Of a stretch of 64,000 nucleotides of DNA, positions 12,085 through 21,679 are shown piece by piece. The DNA comes from Halarcobacter sp. GTDB taxonomy: Bacteria; Campylobacterota; Campylobacteria; Campylobacterales; Arcobacteraceae. The stretch is from positions 1,856,001 to 1,920,000 of the forward strand of contig OY781089.1 of assembly GCA_963676565.1 (NCBI GenBank), in the 5' to 3' direction. The notes beneath the pieces are model-generated. The model was not told the DNA's origin. It saw nothing but the letters and a program-made list of their open reading frames with translations, and searched no databases. Position numbers and translations under genes: made by a program. The stretch's first letter is position 1; each line of letters begins with the position of its first letter.

Positions 12085-12113
12085 CTCGTTCCCAAGCTTT
12101 AGCTTGGGAATAC
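12085..12113. repeat. REP-like palindrome
   Basis: CTCGTTCCCAAGCT-TT-AGCTTGGGAATAC, perfect 10-bp stem. Confidence 0.6.
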
Positions 12114-12122
12114 ATAGAAATT

Positions 12123-12758
12123 CTAGTTTTGAGTATTTCTTATTTGTAATAAAGAAAAACCTAAACCTACAAATATTCCACCTGTAATTTTATGAAACCA
12201 AGACATAAAGTTTTGTTTTTTAAACAATCCTCTTGCTGACTGTGCTATAAAACCATAAAGGCAAAGACTAAAAAAAGAAAAAAACATAAATAACCCAGTC
12301 ATAATAAAAAACTGAGGTGTAATGTCACTTTTTAGATTTAGAAACTGTGGGAAAAGTGCTATAAAAAATATTATAGGTTTTGGATTTGTAACAGCTAAAA
12401 AGAAAGATTCTAAAAAAGTTTTTTTCAAGCTTTTTTCTATTTTTCTATCTTCATCATTTTTTAGCTTCAAAGAAGATGCACTTCTAAACTGTTTTATTCC
12501 TAGATAAATCAAATATCCTGCTCCAACTATTTTTACTATCATAAATAAAGTTGCAGAAGTAAGTAAAATAATTCCTAAACCAGAAATAGAAATAGAAGAT
12601 AAGATAAACAAACCTAATATATTTGCAAAAGAAGATGTAGCAACTGTACGCATATCATGTACTAATCCATTTGTAATAGCTAAAAAAACAGCAGGACCAG
12701 GACTAATTACATAAAAGAAAGCAACAACTGAATATAAAAAAAGAATATGTAAATCCAT
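12123..12758 (-). CDS. LysE/RhtB-family exporter
   Basis: SPGP motif, KIVGAGYLIYLG, TNPK..IFF.ALFPQF. Confidence 0.92.
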   Translation of the reverse strand: MDLHILFLYSVVAFFYVISPGPAVFLAITNGLVHDMRTVATSSFANILGLFILSSISISGLGIILLTSATLFMIVKIVGAGYLIYLGIKQFRSASSLKLKNDEDRKIEKSLKKTFLESFFLAVTNPKPIIFFIALFPQFLNLKSDITPQFFIMTGLFMFFSFFSLCLYGFIAQSARGLFKKQNFMSWFHKITGGIFVGLGFSLLQIRNTQN

Positions 12759-12857
12759 AAGTATATCCTTATATTGAATTTGACGAATTATAGCTAAAAA
12801 AATGTGACAATCAAAAAATTAGAAAACAATAGAATTCTTAAGTGTTATTATTTCTTT

Positions 12858-13451
12858 TTAACTAAATATTAACCAAATAGCAGTTAAGCATAACATTAAA
12901 CCAAATATTTTGTTTTGTAATTTTTTTATATTGGTGTTCATTACTAATAAAATCAATGCTCTACCGGCATATATCCAAATAAAATTACATAACATTGTTA
13001 ATATTGCTAACATTAAAGTAAGAATTAAAATCTTATCTAAACTATCTTTTTCTACTGAATAAAATTGAGTAAACATTATTGTTGGAATTAGTAAATATTT
13101 TGCATTAAAAAACTCTACTACTACACCTTCTTTAAAACTAAGAGGTTTTATTGCTTCTGTTTGTAAAGTAGATTGTTTAAAAAATCTAAAAGCCAAATAA
13201 AATAAAAATAAAACACCAATATATTTAAATACATCAATAATAGAGGGAAATTTTGAAATTATAAAACCAAGTCCAAAACCTATAGCTAAAGTTTGTAAAA
13301 GACAAATTAAATTTGTACCTAGCCAAAAAGGAAGACTAGCTTTTACTCCAAAGGAACTACCTGAAGCAGCAAATAAAATATTCGCGGGACCAGGACTTAT
13401 AGCTAGAGGAACAAATATTAATAACCATTGAATGATTTCTTCAGAACTCAT
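12858..13451 (-). CDS. LysE-family exporter
   Basis: ISPGPANI, KYIGVLFLFYLA; hydrophobic. Confidence 0.85.
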   Translation of the reverse strand: MSSEEIIQWLLIFVPLAISPGPANILFAASGSSFGVKASLPFWLGTNLICLLQTLAIGFGLGFIISKFPSIIDVFKYIGVLFLFYLAFRFFKQSTLQTEAIKPLSFKEGVVVEFFNAKYLLIPTIMFTQFYSVEKDSLDKILILTLMLAILTMLCNFIWIYAGRALILLVMNTNIKKLQNKIFGLMLCLTAIWLIFS

Positions 13452-13610
13452 TTTCTTACCCTTCCTTTATAAAGTAAAATATCACAAAAACACTTAGAAC
13501 TTTACGAAAGTTTTATTAGGATTAATTACTTAACATTATATACTTTTATTTAGTTATTTTATAAATTATTTATATATAATATATAATTGATGATTTATGG
13601 AGATACGCAT

Positions 13611-13928
13611 ATGAAGAGAATTTATTTTTTGTTAATGATTTTAGGAGTATTTTTACCTCTATCGCAGTTTTTATTATGGCTAAATGAGTTTGGTTTTGAT
13701 ATTTCATTAATTATTAATACAATTATTGAAGATAAATTGAGCTCATTTGCATGGCTTGATGTTATTATCTCTGCAATAGTGTTAATTATATTTATTATCT
13801 ATGAGGGTAAAAAATTATCCATGTGTAATATTTGGTTGCCAATTGTAGGAACATTGAGTATTGGTGTATCTTTTGGTTTACCATTATTTTTGTTATTAAG
13901 GGAAATCCATATAGAGAAAAATAGATAG
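13611..13928 (+). CDS. DUF2834-like membrane protein (start likely ATG 13611 after GGAG)
   Basis: FAWLDVIISA..GVSFGLPLFLLLRE. Confidence 0.75.
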   Translation: MKRIYFLLMILGVFLPLSQFLLWLNEFGFDISLIINTIIEDKLSSFAWLDVIISAIVLIIFIIYEGKKLSMCNIWLPIVGTLSIGVSFGLPLFLLLREIHIEKNR

Positions 13929-13971
13929 TTTTAGTTAATTTTTAAACCTATTAAAATAGAAAGGAACTTTT

Positions 13972-14628
13972 ATGAATACAAGTGCAAGTTATACTGAACA
14001 TATAAATATAGTAAAAGATCTAAAGATGGCAGACAGTTTCTATGAAGTTAGAGAACCATTTAAAGAGGGCTTTGAAGATATATATAATAAAGCAAAGGCA
14101 AATAATGTAGGTATCTCAAATGCAAAAGAATTTTTGAACTCTTTAACAAAAGAGGAATTATCTACTTTACAAAACTACACAAGACTTGCCGATGAAGTTA
14201 ATGTAGATAATTTAAGTGATGAAGGTGCATATAATTTACTGCTTCATCATTATGAAAAGTATGATTTTAATAATGATGGAATAATTGAAGATGGTATAGC
14301 AAAAACATCAGGAATGATTCCTCAGTCATTGGGAAATGATGAAAAAAAAGCTTTAGTTGAAACATTTAATTCTATGGATTTTAAAGATGTGATGACTGCA
14401 TCAATATTATTTATAAAACTACCTATTTTAGTTGATGGAAAATTACAAGTAAGTAATCAAGATATAAATCTAGAAGATATAAGAGATAGAATTATGAATA
14501 TTTTAGATCCTAAAAATAAAAAGTTTTCAACACAAGAATTTAAAGATACAATTAAAAATTTTTCTGATATTTTTGAACAAAATTATAAAAAAATTTTAGA
14601 AGAAAAAGCATATTACAATATTAAATAA
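13972..14628 (+). CDS. Hypothetical protein with one EF-hand-like loop
   Basis: DFNNDGIIE motif; AAGGA RBS. Confidence 0.65.
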   Translation: MNTSASYTEHINIVKDLKMADSFYEVREPFKEGFEDIYNKAKANNVGISNAKEFLNSLTKEELSTLQNYTRLADEVNVDNLSDEGAYNLLLHHYEKYDFNNDGIIEDGIAKTSGMIPQSLGNDEKKALVETFNSMDFKDVMTASILFIKLPILVDGKLQVSNQDINLEDIRDRIMNILDPKNKKFSTQEFKDTIKNFSDIFEQNYKKILEEKAYYNIK

Positions 14629-14663
14629 AATGATTGTATTAAGTTATACTACAAAGTAATATT

Positions 14664-15086
14664 ATGTATTTTATAGCAATACTCGCAATTTTTACATTAA
14701 GTATAATGGGAATATTCCATTTTTATTGGGTTATTGGTGGAAAAGTTGGATTAGATAAAGCAGTACCAGCAAAAGATGGAAAACTATTATTGAAACCTGG
14801 TAAACCATTGACTTTTCTTGTTGGAGTTGTTTTAATTTTTTTTGCATATATTGCATATGCTTTACAATTTTATGATTTGACACTACATGAAAATAGAAAC
14901 TTTTATTTATATAGCGGAATTTTCTTATCTATAATTTTTATATTAAGGGCAATTGGTGAGTTCAATGTTATTGGATTTTCTAAAAAAATAAAAGATACTG
15001 AATTTGCAAAGTATGATACAAAATACTTTTCACCATTGTGTTTATTATTAGGTATTGTTTTTGCAGTATTAACATACAATGTATAA
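14664..15086 (+). CDS. DUF3995-like membrane protein
   Basis: HFYWVIGG, RAIGEF..IGFSKK, FAKYDTKYFSPLCL. Confidence 0.75.
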   Translation: MYFIAILAIFTLSIMGIFHFYWVIGGKVGLDKAVPAKDGKLLLKPGKPLTFLVGVVLIFFAYIAYALQFYDLTLHENRNFYLYSGIFLSIIFILRAIGEFNVIGFSKKIKDTEFAKYDTKYFSPLCLLLGIVFAVLTYNV

Positions 15087-15155
15087 CTAATCATTTAGAT
15101 TATAAATTTAATCCTAAATAAGCTAAAATTATGTACGAATTAAAAAGGCACTGAC

Positions 15156-15173
15156 ATGAATACAATATTCTAA
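15156..15173 (+). CDS. Putative leader peptide MNTIF upstream of ABC-F
   Basis: AAAGG RBS, then ATG AAT ACA ATA TTC TAA, followed by alternative hairpins. Confidence 0.5.
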   Translation: MNTIF

Positions 15174-15243
15174 AATACAAGGAAATTCAAACAATCTACA
15201 TCCTTGTCATTTTAATCTACATTAGTAGTCAAGGAATATACTC

Positions 15244-16731
15244 ATGCCACAATTAATAATAAAAAACTTACATTATAAATACAAAAATTCAAGCTTAGCT
15301 ATTTTTGAAAATTTAAATTTAGATTTTCAAGAAGGATGGAGTTGTGTTGTTGGTTCAAATGGTTCAGGGAAAAGTACACTTCTAAAACTGATTTCAAAAG
15401 AGATTAAATATGAAAATGGAACAATTAAAGGAAATGACCTAACACATTATTGTCCTCAAAATACAGAATACCAACCAAAAAATCTTGAAGATTTTATGCT
15501 AACATTCAATAGTAAATCTTTTAAAATAAGAGAGATGTTAGATATAAAAGATTATTGGATTTATCAATGGGATAATTTATCTCATGGGGAGAGAAAAAGA
15601 TTACAACTTGCCCTTGCACTTTTTGAAGAGCCTGATATTTTACTTGTAGATGAGCCTACAAATCATTTAGATGGAAAAAGTAAAAAAATTCTATTGAACG
15701 CACTTAAAAGTTTTAAAGGTATTGGAATATTAGTAAGTCATGATAGAGAAATATTGGATAATTTATCTCAATCTACAATAATATTAAAAAATAAAAATAT
15801 CATTACATTTAAAACTTCATTTTCAAAAGCTATGATTGAATATAACAAAAATATAGAGTTTCTAGAAAAAACTCAAACAAAACAAAATACTGAATTAAAG
15901 AAACTTAAAAAATCAATACATTTACAAAGGGAAAAAGTTAGTCAATCAAAAAAGAGATTTTCAAAGAAAGGTATAGATAAAAATGATAATGATAGTAAAA
16001 ATAAAATTAATTTAGCTAAATTAACTGGTAAAGATAAAAATGATGGACAAATAATTACAAAGTTACAATCAAAACAAAAGCAACTTTTATCAAATGCAAT
16101 AATGACAGATAAAACATATAAATTAGGAATAGAGTTTAACTCTATTAAATCTAAAAATATTTTTCCAATCCTTATAAAAAACAATATATTAAAGTTATCA
16201 GAAACTAAAAAACTAGCATATCCAACTTTTTCAATAAATGAATATGATAAAATTGGAATTATTGGAGAAAATGGTTCTGGGAAAAGTAGTTTTTTCAATA
16301 ATATGTTGAATACAATAGATTTAAAAGATGAATATTTATATATTCCACAAGAGATTACAAATGAAGAGAGTAAAAAATTTTTTGATGAAATAAATGGTTT
16401 GTCTAATGATAAAAAAGGCGAAATATATACAATTATAAGAAAACTATCATCCGACCCAATCAAACTACAAGATAGTTTTTTACCAAGTCCTGGAGAGATT
16501 AGAAAATTGATGATAGCAAAAGGACTTTTAGAAAATCCATCATTGATAATTCTTGATGAACCAACTAATCATATGGATTTAGATTCTATAATATCACTAG
16601 AATTAGCTTTAAAAGAATATGATGGAACAATGATTATAATTAGTCATGATAAAACTTTCCTAGATACTATTGTAAATAATATTTGGGAGCTAAGAAAAGA
16701 GAGTGAGTATTTGTTTGTGATTGTAGATTAA
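15244..16731 (+). CDS. ABC-F family ATPase (possible ribosome protection/rescue factor)
   Basis: Two NBDs (GSNGSGKST..DEPTNHLD; GENGSGKSS..DEPTNHMD), long charged linker, no TM segments. Confidence 0.85.
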   Translation: MPQLIIKNLHYKYKNSSLAIFENLNLDFQEGWSCVVGSNGSGKSTLLKLISKEIKYENGTIKGNDLTHYCPQNTEYQPKNLEDFMLTFNSKSFKIREMLDIKDYWIYQWDNLSHGERKRLQLALALFEEPDILLVDEPTNHLDGKSKKILLNALKSFKGIGILVSHDREILDNLSQSTIILKNKNIITFKTSFSKAMIEYNKNIEFLEKTQTKQNTELKKLKKSIHLQREKVSQSKKRFSKKGIDKNDNDSKNKINLAKLTGKDKNDGQIITKLQSKQKQLLSNAIMTDKTYKLGIEFNSIKSKNIFPILIKNNILKLSETKKLAYPTFSINEYDKIGIIGENGSGKSSFFNNMLNTIDLKDEYLYIPQEITNEESKKFFDEINGLSNDKKGEIYTIIRKLSSDPIKLQDSFLPSPGEIRKLMIAKGLLENPSLIILDEPTNHMDLDSIISLELALKEYDGTMIIISHDKTFLDTIVNNIWELRKESEYLFVIVD

Positions 16732-16799
16732 GATAAATCAATTATAAGTATAAGTTTCAAAGTGCCAATTAGATAAACTTTTAAAAAAGGAGACATTCC

Positions 16800-17417
16800 A
16801 TGATATCTTACGAGTTTTTATTAACTTCATTAGTTGTTGTTTTAATTCCTGGTACAGGAGTTTTATATACTATTGCTACAGGATTATTCTCTGGTAAACG
16901 TGCTAGCTTTTTTGCAGCATTGGGATGCACTTTTGGTATTGTTCCTGCTTTATTAGCAAGTAGTTTAGGCCTTGCTGCTATTTTTCATACTAGTGCAGTT
17001 GCTTTTCAAGTTGTTAAATATCTTGGGGTGGCTTATTTACTTTATTTAGCATGGCAAATGTGGAATTCATCATCTGCTTTAAGTCTTTCTGAAAAAAATT
17101 CAAAAACTAACTATTTAAACATTGTTATCAAAGGTTTTATGCTAAATATTTTAAATCCTAAATTGTCTATTTTCTTTTTAGCTTTTCTTCCTCAATTTAT
17201 TCCTGCTAATGCCCCAAGTGCATTAAATAGTATATTTTTACTTGGGGCTGTATTTATGCTTATGACATTTGTTGTATTTGTTATATATGGCTTTTTATCA
17301 GGCTTATTTAGTGCATATATTCTAAAATCTGAGAAACTTAGTGTTTTTATTCAAAAGTTTTTTGCTACAAGTTTCGCTGCACTTGGCTTAAAATTGGCAT
17401 TTAGTGAACGAGTATAA
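16800..17417 (+). CDS. LysE-family exporter
   Basis: PGTGVLYT, KYLGVAYLLYLA, LNPKLSIFFLAFLPQF. Confidence 0.92.
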   Translation: MISYEFLLTSLVVVLIPGTGVLYTIATGLFSGKRASFFAALGCTFGIVPALLASSLGLAAIFHTSAVAFQVVKYLGVAYLLYLAWQMWNSSSALSLSEKNSKTNYLNIVIKGFMLNILNPKLSIFFLAFLPQFIPANAPSALNSIFLLGAVFMLMTFVVFVIYGFLSGLFSAYILKSEKLSVFIQKFFATSFAALGLKLAFSERV

Positions 17418-17452
17418 ATTGAACTTGGCGTATAAATGAATAAGGCTTATAA

Positions 17453-18250
17453 ATAAATACTACATACAAAAACATAGAACTGCCCTTTTTAGAATTAACT
17501 TTTAATACAGATATAAATGGTTGTCCAAAAAGTCATATGCATGATAAGCTAACTATGGTAGCACTAAAAAATGGTAATATTAAATTATATTTAAAAGAAA
17601 ATGAGCTAATTTTACAAAAAAATAGTATTGCCATAATAAATCCATATCAAATTCACTCAGCTTCTAAAATGAATAAAAATAGTGATGGGCTTTATGCTTT
17701 ATATTTAGATAAAAACTGGATTGAAAAACTTCAATATGATTTATTTAAAATAAATAGCTTTATCCCTTTTTCTTCAAATATAATAGATGATGAAAAAACT
17801 TATGATGAGTTTATTTTCTTATGTGAAAATCTTTTTTTAGATGACTTTTGTATAAAAAAAGAGGAACAAATCATACAATTTATTTCAAAACAAATAATTA
17901 AAAACTGTAATCAATCATTAATTCAAACAAAAAATATATTAGCATGTGATATTAAAAGTTATATTGAGCAAAATATACATCTAAATCAAAGTTTAGAAGA
18001 GATTTCAAAGCAGTTTTTGATAAGTCCTTTTCATCTAATAAGAATATTCAAACAAGAGTTAGATTTAACTCCTTATCAATATATTTTAAATCATAAAGTA
18101 AATTTAGCAAAAGAGTTGTTATCAAAAAATATGAGTATATCAGAAGTGGCACTAAGTGTCGGTTTTAATGATCAAAGCCATTTATACAAATACTTTAAAC
18201 AAACATTTTCTATTACACCTAAAGAGTATCAAGATAGTTTAATAAAATAA
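17453..18250 (+). CDS. AraC-family regulator (frame open from 17453; first ATG at 17537)
   Basis: C-terminal HTH SPFHLIRIFK..TPYQY..GFNDQSHL..TPKEY; in-frame upstream ELPFLEL..KSHMHD cupin-like segment. Confidence 0.85.
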   Translation: MNTTYKNIELPFLELTFNTDINGCPKSHMHDKLTMVALKNGNIKLYLKENELILQKNSIAIINPYQIHSASKMNKNSDGLYALYLDKNWIEKLQYDLFKINSFIPFSSNIIDDEKTYDEFIFLCENLFLDDFCIKKEEQIIQFISKQIIKNCNQSLIQTKNILACDIKSYIEQNIHLNQSLEEISKQFLISPFHLIRIFKQELDLTPYQYILNHKVNLAKELLSKNMSISEVALSVGFNDQSHLYKYFKQTFSITPKEYQDSLIK

Positions 18251-18333
18251 CATATCATAAAAAGTCAATTTTTTACAATACTCTTTTTTTTATTTTAAAT
18301 ACAATTCTCCTTATAAAAGAAAGGAATTAAAAT

Positions 18334-18876
18334 ATGACAAAAGCACTAATTGTAATAGACTTGCAAAATGACTATTTTTGCGGTGGGAAAATGGAACTTC
18401 AAAATATAGATGAAGCTTTACTACAAACTAACAAACTAATAAAATATGCAAGAGAAGAAAACTATAAAATCTATTTTGTACAACACTTTGCTACAAAAGA
18501 TGATGCAACATTTTTTGTACCAGATACCCATGGAGTTGACTTAAATAAAAATTTAGATATTCAAGATGATATGATTATCGAAAAAAACTACCCAAATAGT
18601 TTTAGAGATACTAAGCTCAAAGAAGAATTAGACAAAGAAAATATAAACGAATTAATCATTTGTGGAGCTATGACTCATATGTGTATCGATACAACTGTAC
18701 GAGCAGGTTTTGATTTGGGATACAAAATCACTGTAGCTAATGATGCTTGTGCTACAAGAGATTTACTGTTTAAAGAAAAGACTATTAAAGCTCAAGAGGT
18801 GCATTATAGTTTTATGAGTGCATTAGCAAGTGTTTTCTGTGAAGTTAAAGAGACTGAACAAATAATAAATATATAA
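18334..18876 (+). CDS. Isochorismatase-like cysteine hydrolase
   Basis: IDLQNDY, K.YPNSF, GAMTHMCIDTTVR. Confidence 0.92.
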   Translation: MTKALIVIDLQNDYFCGGKMELQNIDEALLQTNKLIKYAREENYKIYFVQHFATKDDATFFVPDTHGVDLNKNLDIQDDMIIEKNYPNSFRDTKLKEELDKENINELIICGAMTHMCIDTTVRAGFDLGYKITVANDACATRDLLFKEKTIKAQEVHYSFMSALASVFCEVKETEQIINI

Positions 18877-18963
18877 CAATTTAAGACTCAAAAAGCTACT
18901 ATCTAATTTAAAAAGAGAGTATATTATCTCTCAAATTTGTAGTTAGATTTTATAGGAAGAGAA

Positions 18964-19560
18964 ATGATAATTGATACAAAAGATGTGGAAAATGATGAAC
19001 TTTATAAACTTCTTATTGGTTCTGTTCTCCCAAGACCAATAGCATGGGTTGGAACAATAGATAAAAAGAAGGTACCCAATCTTGCTCCATTTTCTTTTTT
19101 CAATATTGCAAGCGTTAATCCTCCAGTTGTTTCTATATCTATCTTGAATAAAAGGGATGGATTAAAAAAAGACAGCCTTTTAAATATTCAAAATACAGAG
19201 GTTTTTTCTATTTCCATAGTTAGCCATGATTTAGTTGAAAAAATGGCAGCAACAGGAATTGATTATGAATTAGATGTTGATGAGTTTGAAGTTGCAGGAG
19301 TCTCTTGTAGTAAATGTGAAAAAATTGACTCTGTTTATGTAGGAGAAGCAAAGGTTGCTTATGAATGTAAATTACGTTCAATTGTAGATTTTGGAGATAA
19401 TGAAAAAGCAGGTAATCTTGTCTTAGCTGATGTTGTTGCAATTCATGTGGATGACAATATTGTGCAATGGCCAAATATTGATATGTTAAAGTTAGATGCT
19501 GTTGGAAGAGCTTCTGGTCCTTATTATTCAACAATACGAGATAAGTTTTCTCTTAAATAA
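18964..19560 (+). CDS. Flavin reductase-like protein
   Basis: PRPIAWV..NLAPFSFFN..KDSL.NI. Confidence 0.9.
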   Translation: MIIDTKDVENDELYKLLIGSVLPRPIAWVGTIDKKKVPNLAPFSFFNIASVNPPVVSISILNKRDGLKKDSLLNIQNTEVFSISIVSHDLVEKMAATGIDYELDVDEFEVAGVSCSKCEKIDSVYVGEAKVAYECKLRSIVDFGDNEKAGNLVLADVVAIHVDDNIVQWPNIDMLKLDAVGRASGPYYSTIRDKFSLK

Positions 19561-19602
19561 TATTAATTAGTTTATTTTTAATCTTATAAATGATTTGATG
19601 AG

Positions 19603-20457
19603 GTGAATATGAAAAAAGTTTTATTAGCAGGATCAACGGGTTACTTAGGAAGTTACATAGCAAAGGAACTTCAAAATAGAGCTTATTTTTTTAGAACAAT
19701 TGCTAGAAGCCCAGAAAAACTTCAAGAAAATGGAATTAAAGCAAATGAAGTATTAAAAGCAGAACTTACAGACCCTAAGTCTATTAAAGATTGTTGTAAA
19801 GATATTGATATTGTTATCTCAACTGTTGGTATCACAAAACAAAAAGATGGTCTTACTTATCTTGATGTTGATTATCAAGCCAATATGAATTTGCTAAAAG
19901 AAGCTAAAAAACATGAAGTTAAGAAATTTATCTATGTGTCAGTTTTAAATGGTGAAAATCTGAGAAATCTAGAAATATGCAATGCAAAAGAGATGTTTGT
20001 TGAGCAGTTAAAACAATCAGGAATAGATTATTGCATTGTTCGTCCAAATGGATTTTTTTCAGATATGTCAGAGTTTTTTAATATGGCAAAAAAAGGGAGA
20101 ATGTATCTTTTTGGAGATGGAGAGTTAAGAGCGAATCCAATTCATGGCGAAGATTTAGCATTTGTTTGTGTGGATGCTATACAAGGAGATGAAAAAGAGA
20201 TAGAAGTTGGAGGTCCTGAAATCCTAAGCCAAAATGAAATTGCATCAATAGCTTTTGATGTTTTAGGTACTAAACCAAAAATAACCTATATCCCAGATTG
20301 GATAAGAGTTACAATTCTTAAAATTGTAAAATTATTCACTGGAAGTAAGTTTTATGGACCAATTGAATTTTTTATGACAGTTTTAGCAACTGATATGATT
20401 GCTCCTAAAAAAGGTAAACACACCTTAAAAGAATATTTTAAAAAATTAAACAGTTAA
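19603..20457 (+). CDS. Atypical SDR / NAD(P)H-binding oxidoreductase
   Basis: AGSTGYLG Rossmann motif, VRPNGFFSD, NPIHGEDLA. Confidence 0.88.
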   Translation: MNMKKVLLAGSTGYLGSYIAKELQNRAYFFRTIARSPEKLQENGIKANEVLKAELTDPKSIKDCCKDIDIVISTVGITKQKDGLTYLDVDYQANMNLLKEAKKHEVKKFIYVSVLNGENLRNLEICNAKEMFVEQLKQSGIDYCIVRPNGFFSDMSEFFNMAKKGRMYLFGDGELRANPIHGEDLAFVCVDAIQGDEKEIEVGGPEILSQNEIASIAFDVLGTKPKITYIPDWIRVTILKIVKLFTGSKFYGPIEFFMTVLATDMIAPKKGKHTLKEYFKKLNS

Positions 20458-20458
20458 A

Positions 20459-20839
20459 TTAGACTTTTGTGCATGAAATTAAATCACTTAGTTCATAAAT
20501 TGATTTTTTCTCAAGCTCTTCAATCTTTTTGATTAACTCTTCTTGTGTTTGAAATTCACATTTTTTACAAATCTCTTCAATAAGTTTATATCTATTTTCT
20601 TTACTATCATCTAATATCGATTTTTCTTTTTGTTTAGCTATTTCATTTCTTTTAGTAATCACTTTTTTTAGATATAAATCAACAGCTTTTGAATCTATTT
20701 CACCATCAATCATAAACATCTCTATATCATCAAGAATTTTTTCAACCTTTTGTCTTAATGTATTGAAGTTATAAATTGTTTTATCGTTTATTAATTCTTC
20801 TATTTTTTTATCTATAATATTTAAATCATCAGTGTACAT
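20459..20839 (-). CDS. Hypothetical protein
   Basis: 126-aa helical ORF with AAGGA RBS. Confidence 0.6.
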   Translation of the reverse strand: MYTDDLNIIDKKIEELINDKTIYNFNTLRQKVEKILDDIEMFMIDGEIDSKAVDLYLKKVITKRNEIAKQKEKSILDDSKENRYKLIEEICKKCEFQTQEELIKKIEELEKKSIYELSDLISCTKV

Positions 20840-20992
20840 GTTTTTCCTTATTTGATGAAAGTATATAGTAATTTAATTTTATTTATAATTTTTATTTATA
20901 AATTAGTTCTAAAAATACATAAGTATAAAATAATTTTATTCATTGTTTATAAGTTACTTGATAAATTACTCTCAAAATTAACAGGAGAAATT

Positions 20993-21679
20993 ATGAAGAA
21001 AATAATCTTATCAGCAGTGATTGCTACTAGCTTCGTTTTTGCACACCAAATAACAGCAAAAGTAGATAAAAACGTTTACAGTGCCGAATTTTGGGCTCAT
21101 GGGAAATATAGTAGTTTTGATGTAAAACAGCTAAAAGGTGCAACGGCTTATGATGAAAATAATCAAGAGATAAAAACAGGAATTGATTATTCAAAGGGTT
21201 CAGAGTTATTAATGGCAAAAAAACCTTCTATGATAGCCTTATCATTTGATGCAGGATATTGGACTAAAACAGATGAAGGGTATAAAAATATTGAGCCAAG
21301 TAAATATAAGGGTATAGTTTTTAATACTTTAAAAAGTTTTAAATATGGAAAAAGATATTTCACTTGGAGTGATAAATTTATAAATCCAATAGGTTTAAGT
21401 ATGGAAGTTGTTCCTTTAATCAATCCATTAAAAATAAAAAAGGGTGAAAAGTTACCAGTATTAGTTTTAAAAGATGGGGAAGCCTTAGCAAATGCTGGTT
21501 TTGAAACATCTGATTATGAAGACTTAGATATAAAAACAAATAAATTTGGTATTGCATATATTCCAGTTAAATCAAGTGGATTACAAATAATAGCAGCAAA
21601 ATACTATACAAATGAAATAAATGATCCAAATGTTAATAATATCACTATTCAAAGTAGTATTTCTTTTGAGGTAAAATAG
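20993..21679 (+). CDS. DUF4198 (NikM-like) periplasmic protein (start revised to ATG 20993)
   Basis: AGGAG RBS; signal peptide FVFA|H with mature N-terminal His; EVVPLINP..GEKLPVLVL..TNKFG.A. Confidence 0.75.
   Translation: MKKIILSAVIATSFVFAHQITAKVDKNVYSAEFWAHGKYSSFDVKQLKGATAYDENNQEIKTGIDYSKGSELLMAKKPSMIALSFDAGYWTKTDEGYKNIEPSKYKGIVFNTLKSFKYGKRYFTWSDKFINPIGLSMEVVPLINPLKIKKGEKLPVLVLKDGEALANAGFETSDYEDLDIKTNKFGIAYIPVKSSGLQIIAAKYYTNEINDPNVNNITIQSSISFEVK

Noticed and set aside
5788..20457. Integron cassette array (many short, mostly co-oriented genes plus a TA pair)
   Set aside because: No integrase, and I could not find attC-type RYYYAAC..GTTRRRY structures by eye; many genes have their own promoter-sized spacers. 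IntegronFinder would settle it
20852..20992. N-terminal extension of the DUF4198 ORF
   Set aside because: AT-rich intergenic sequence; the RBS and signal peptide point to ATG 20993
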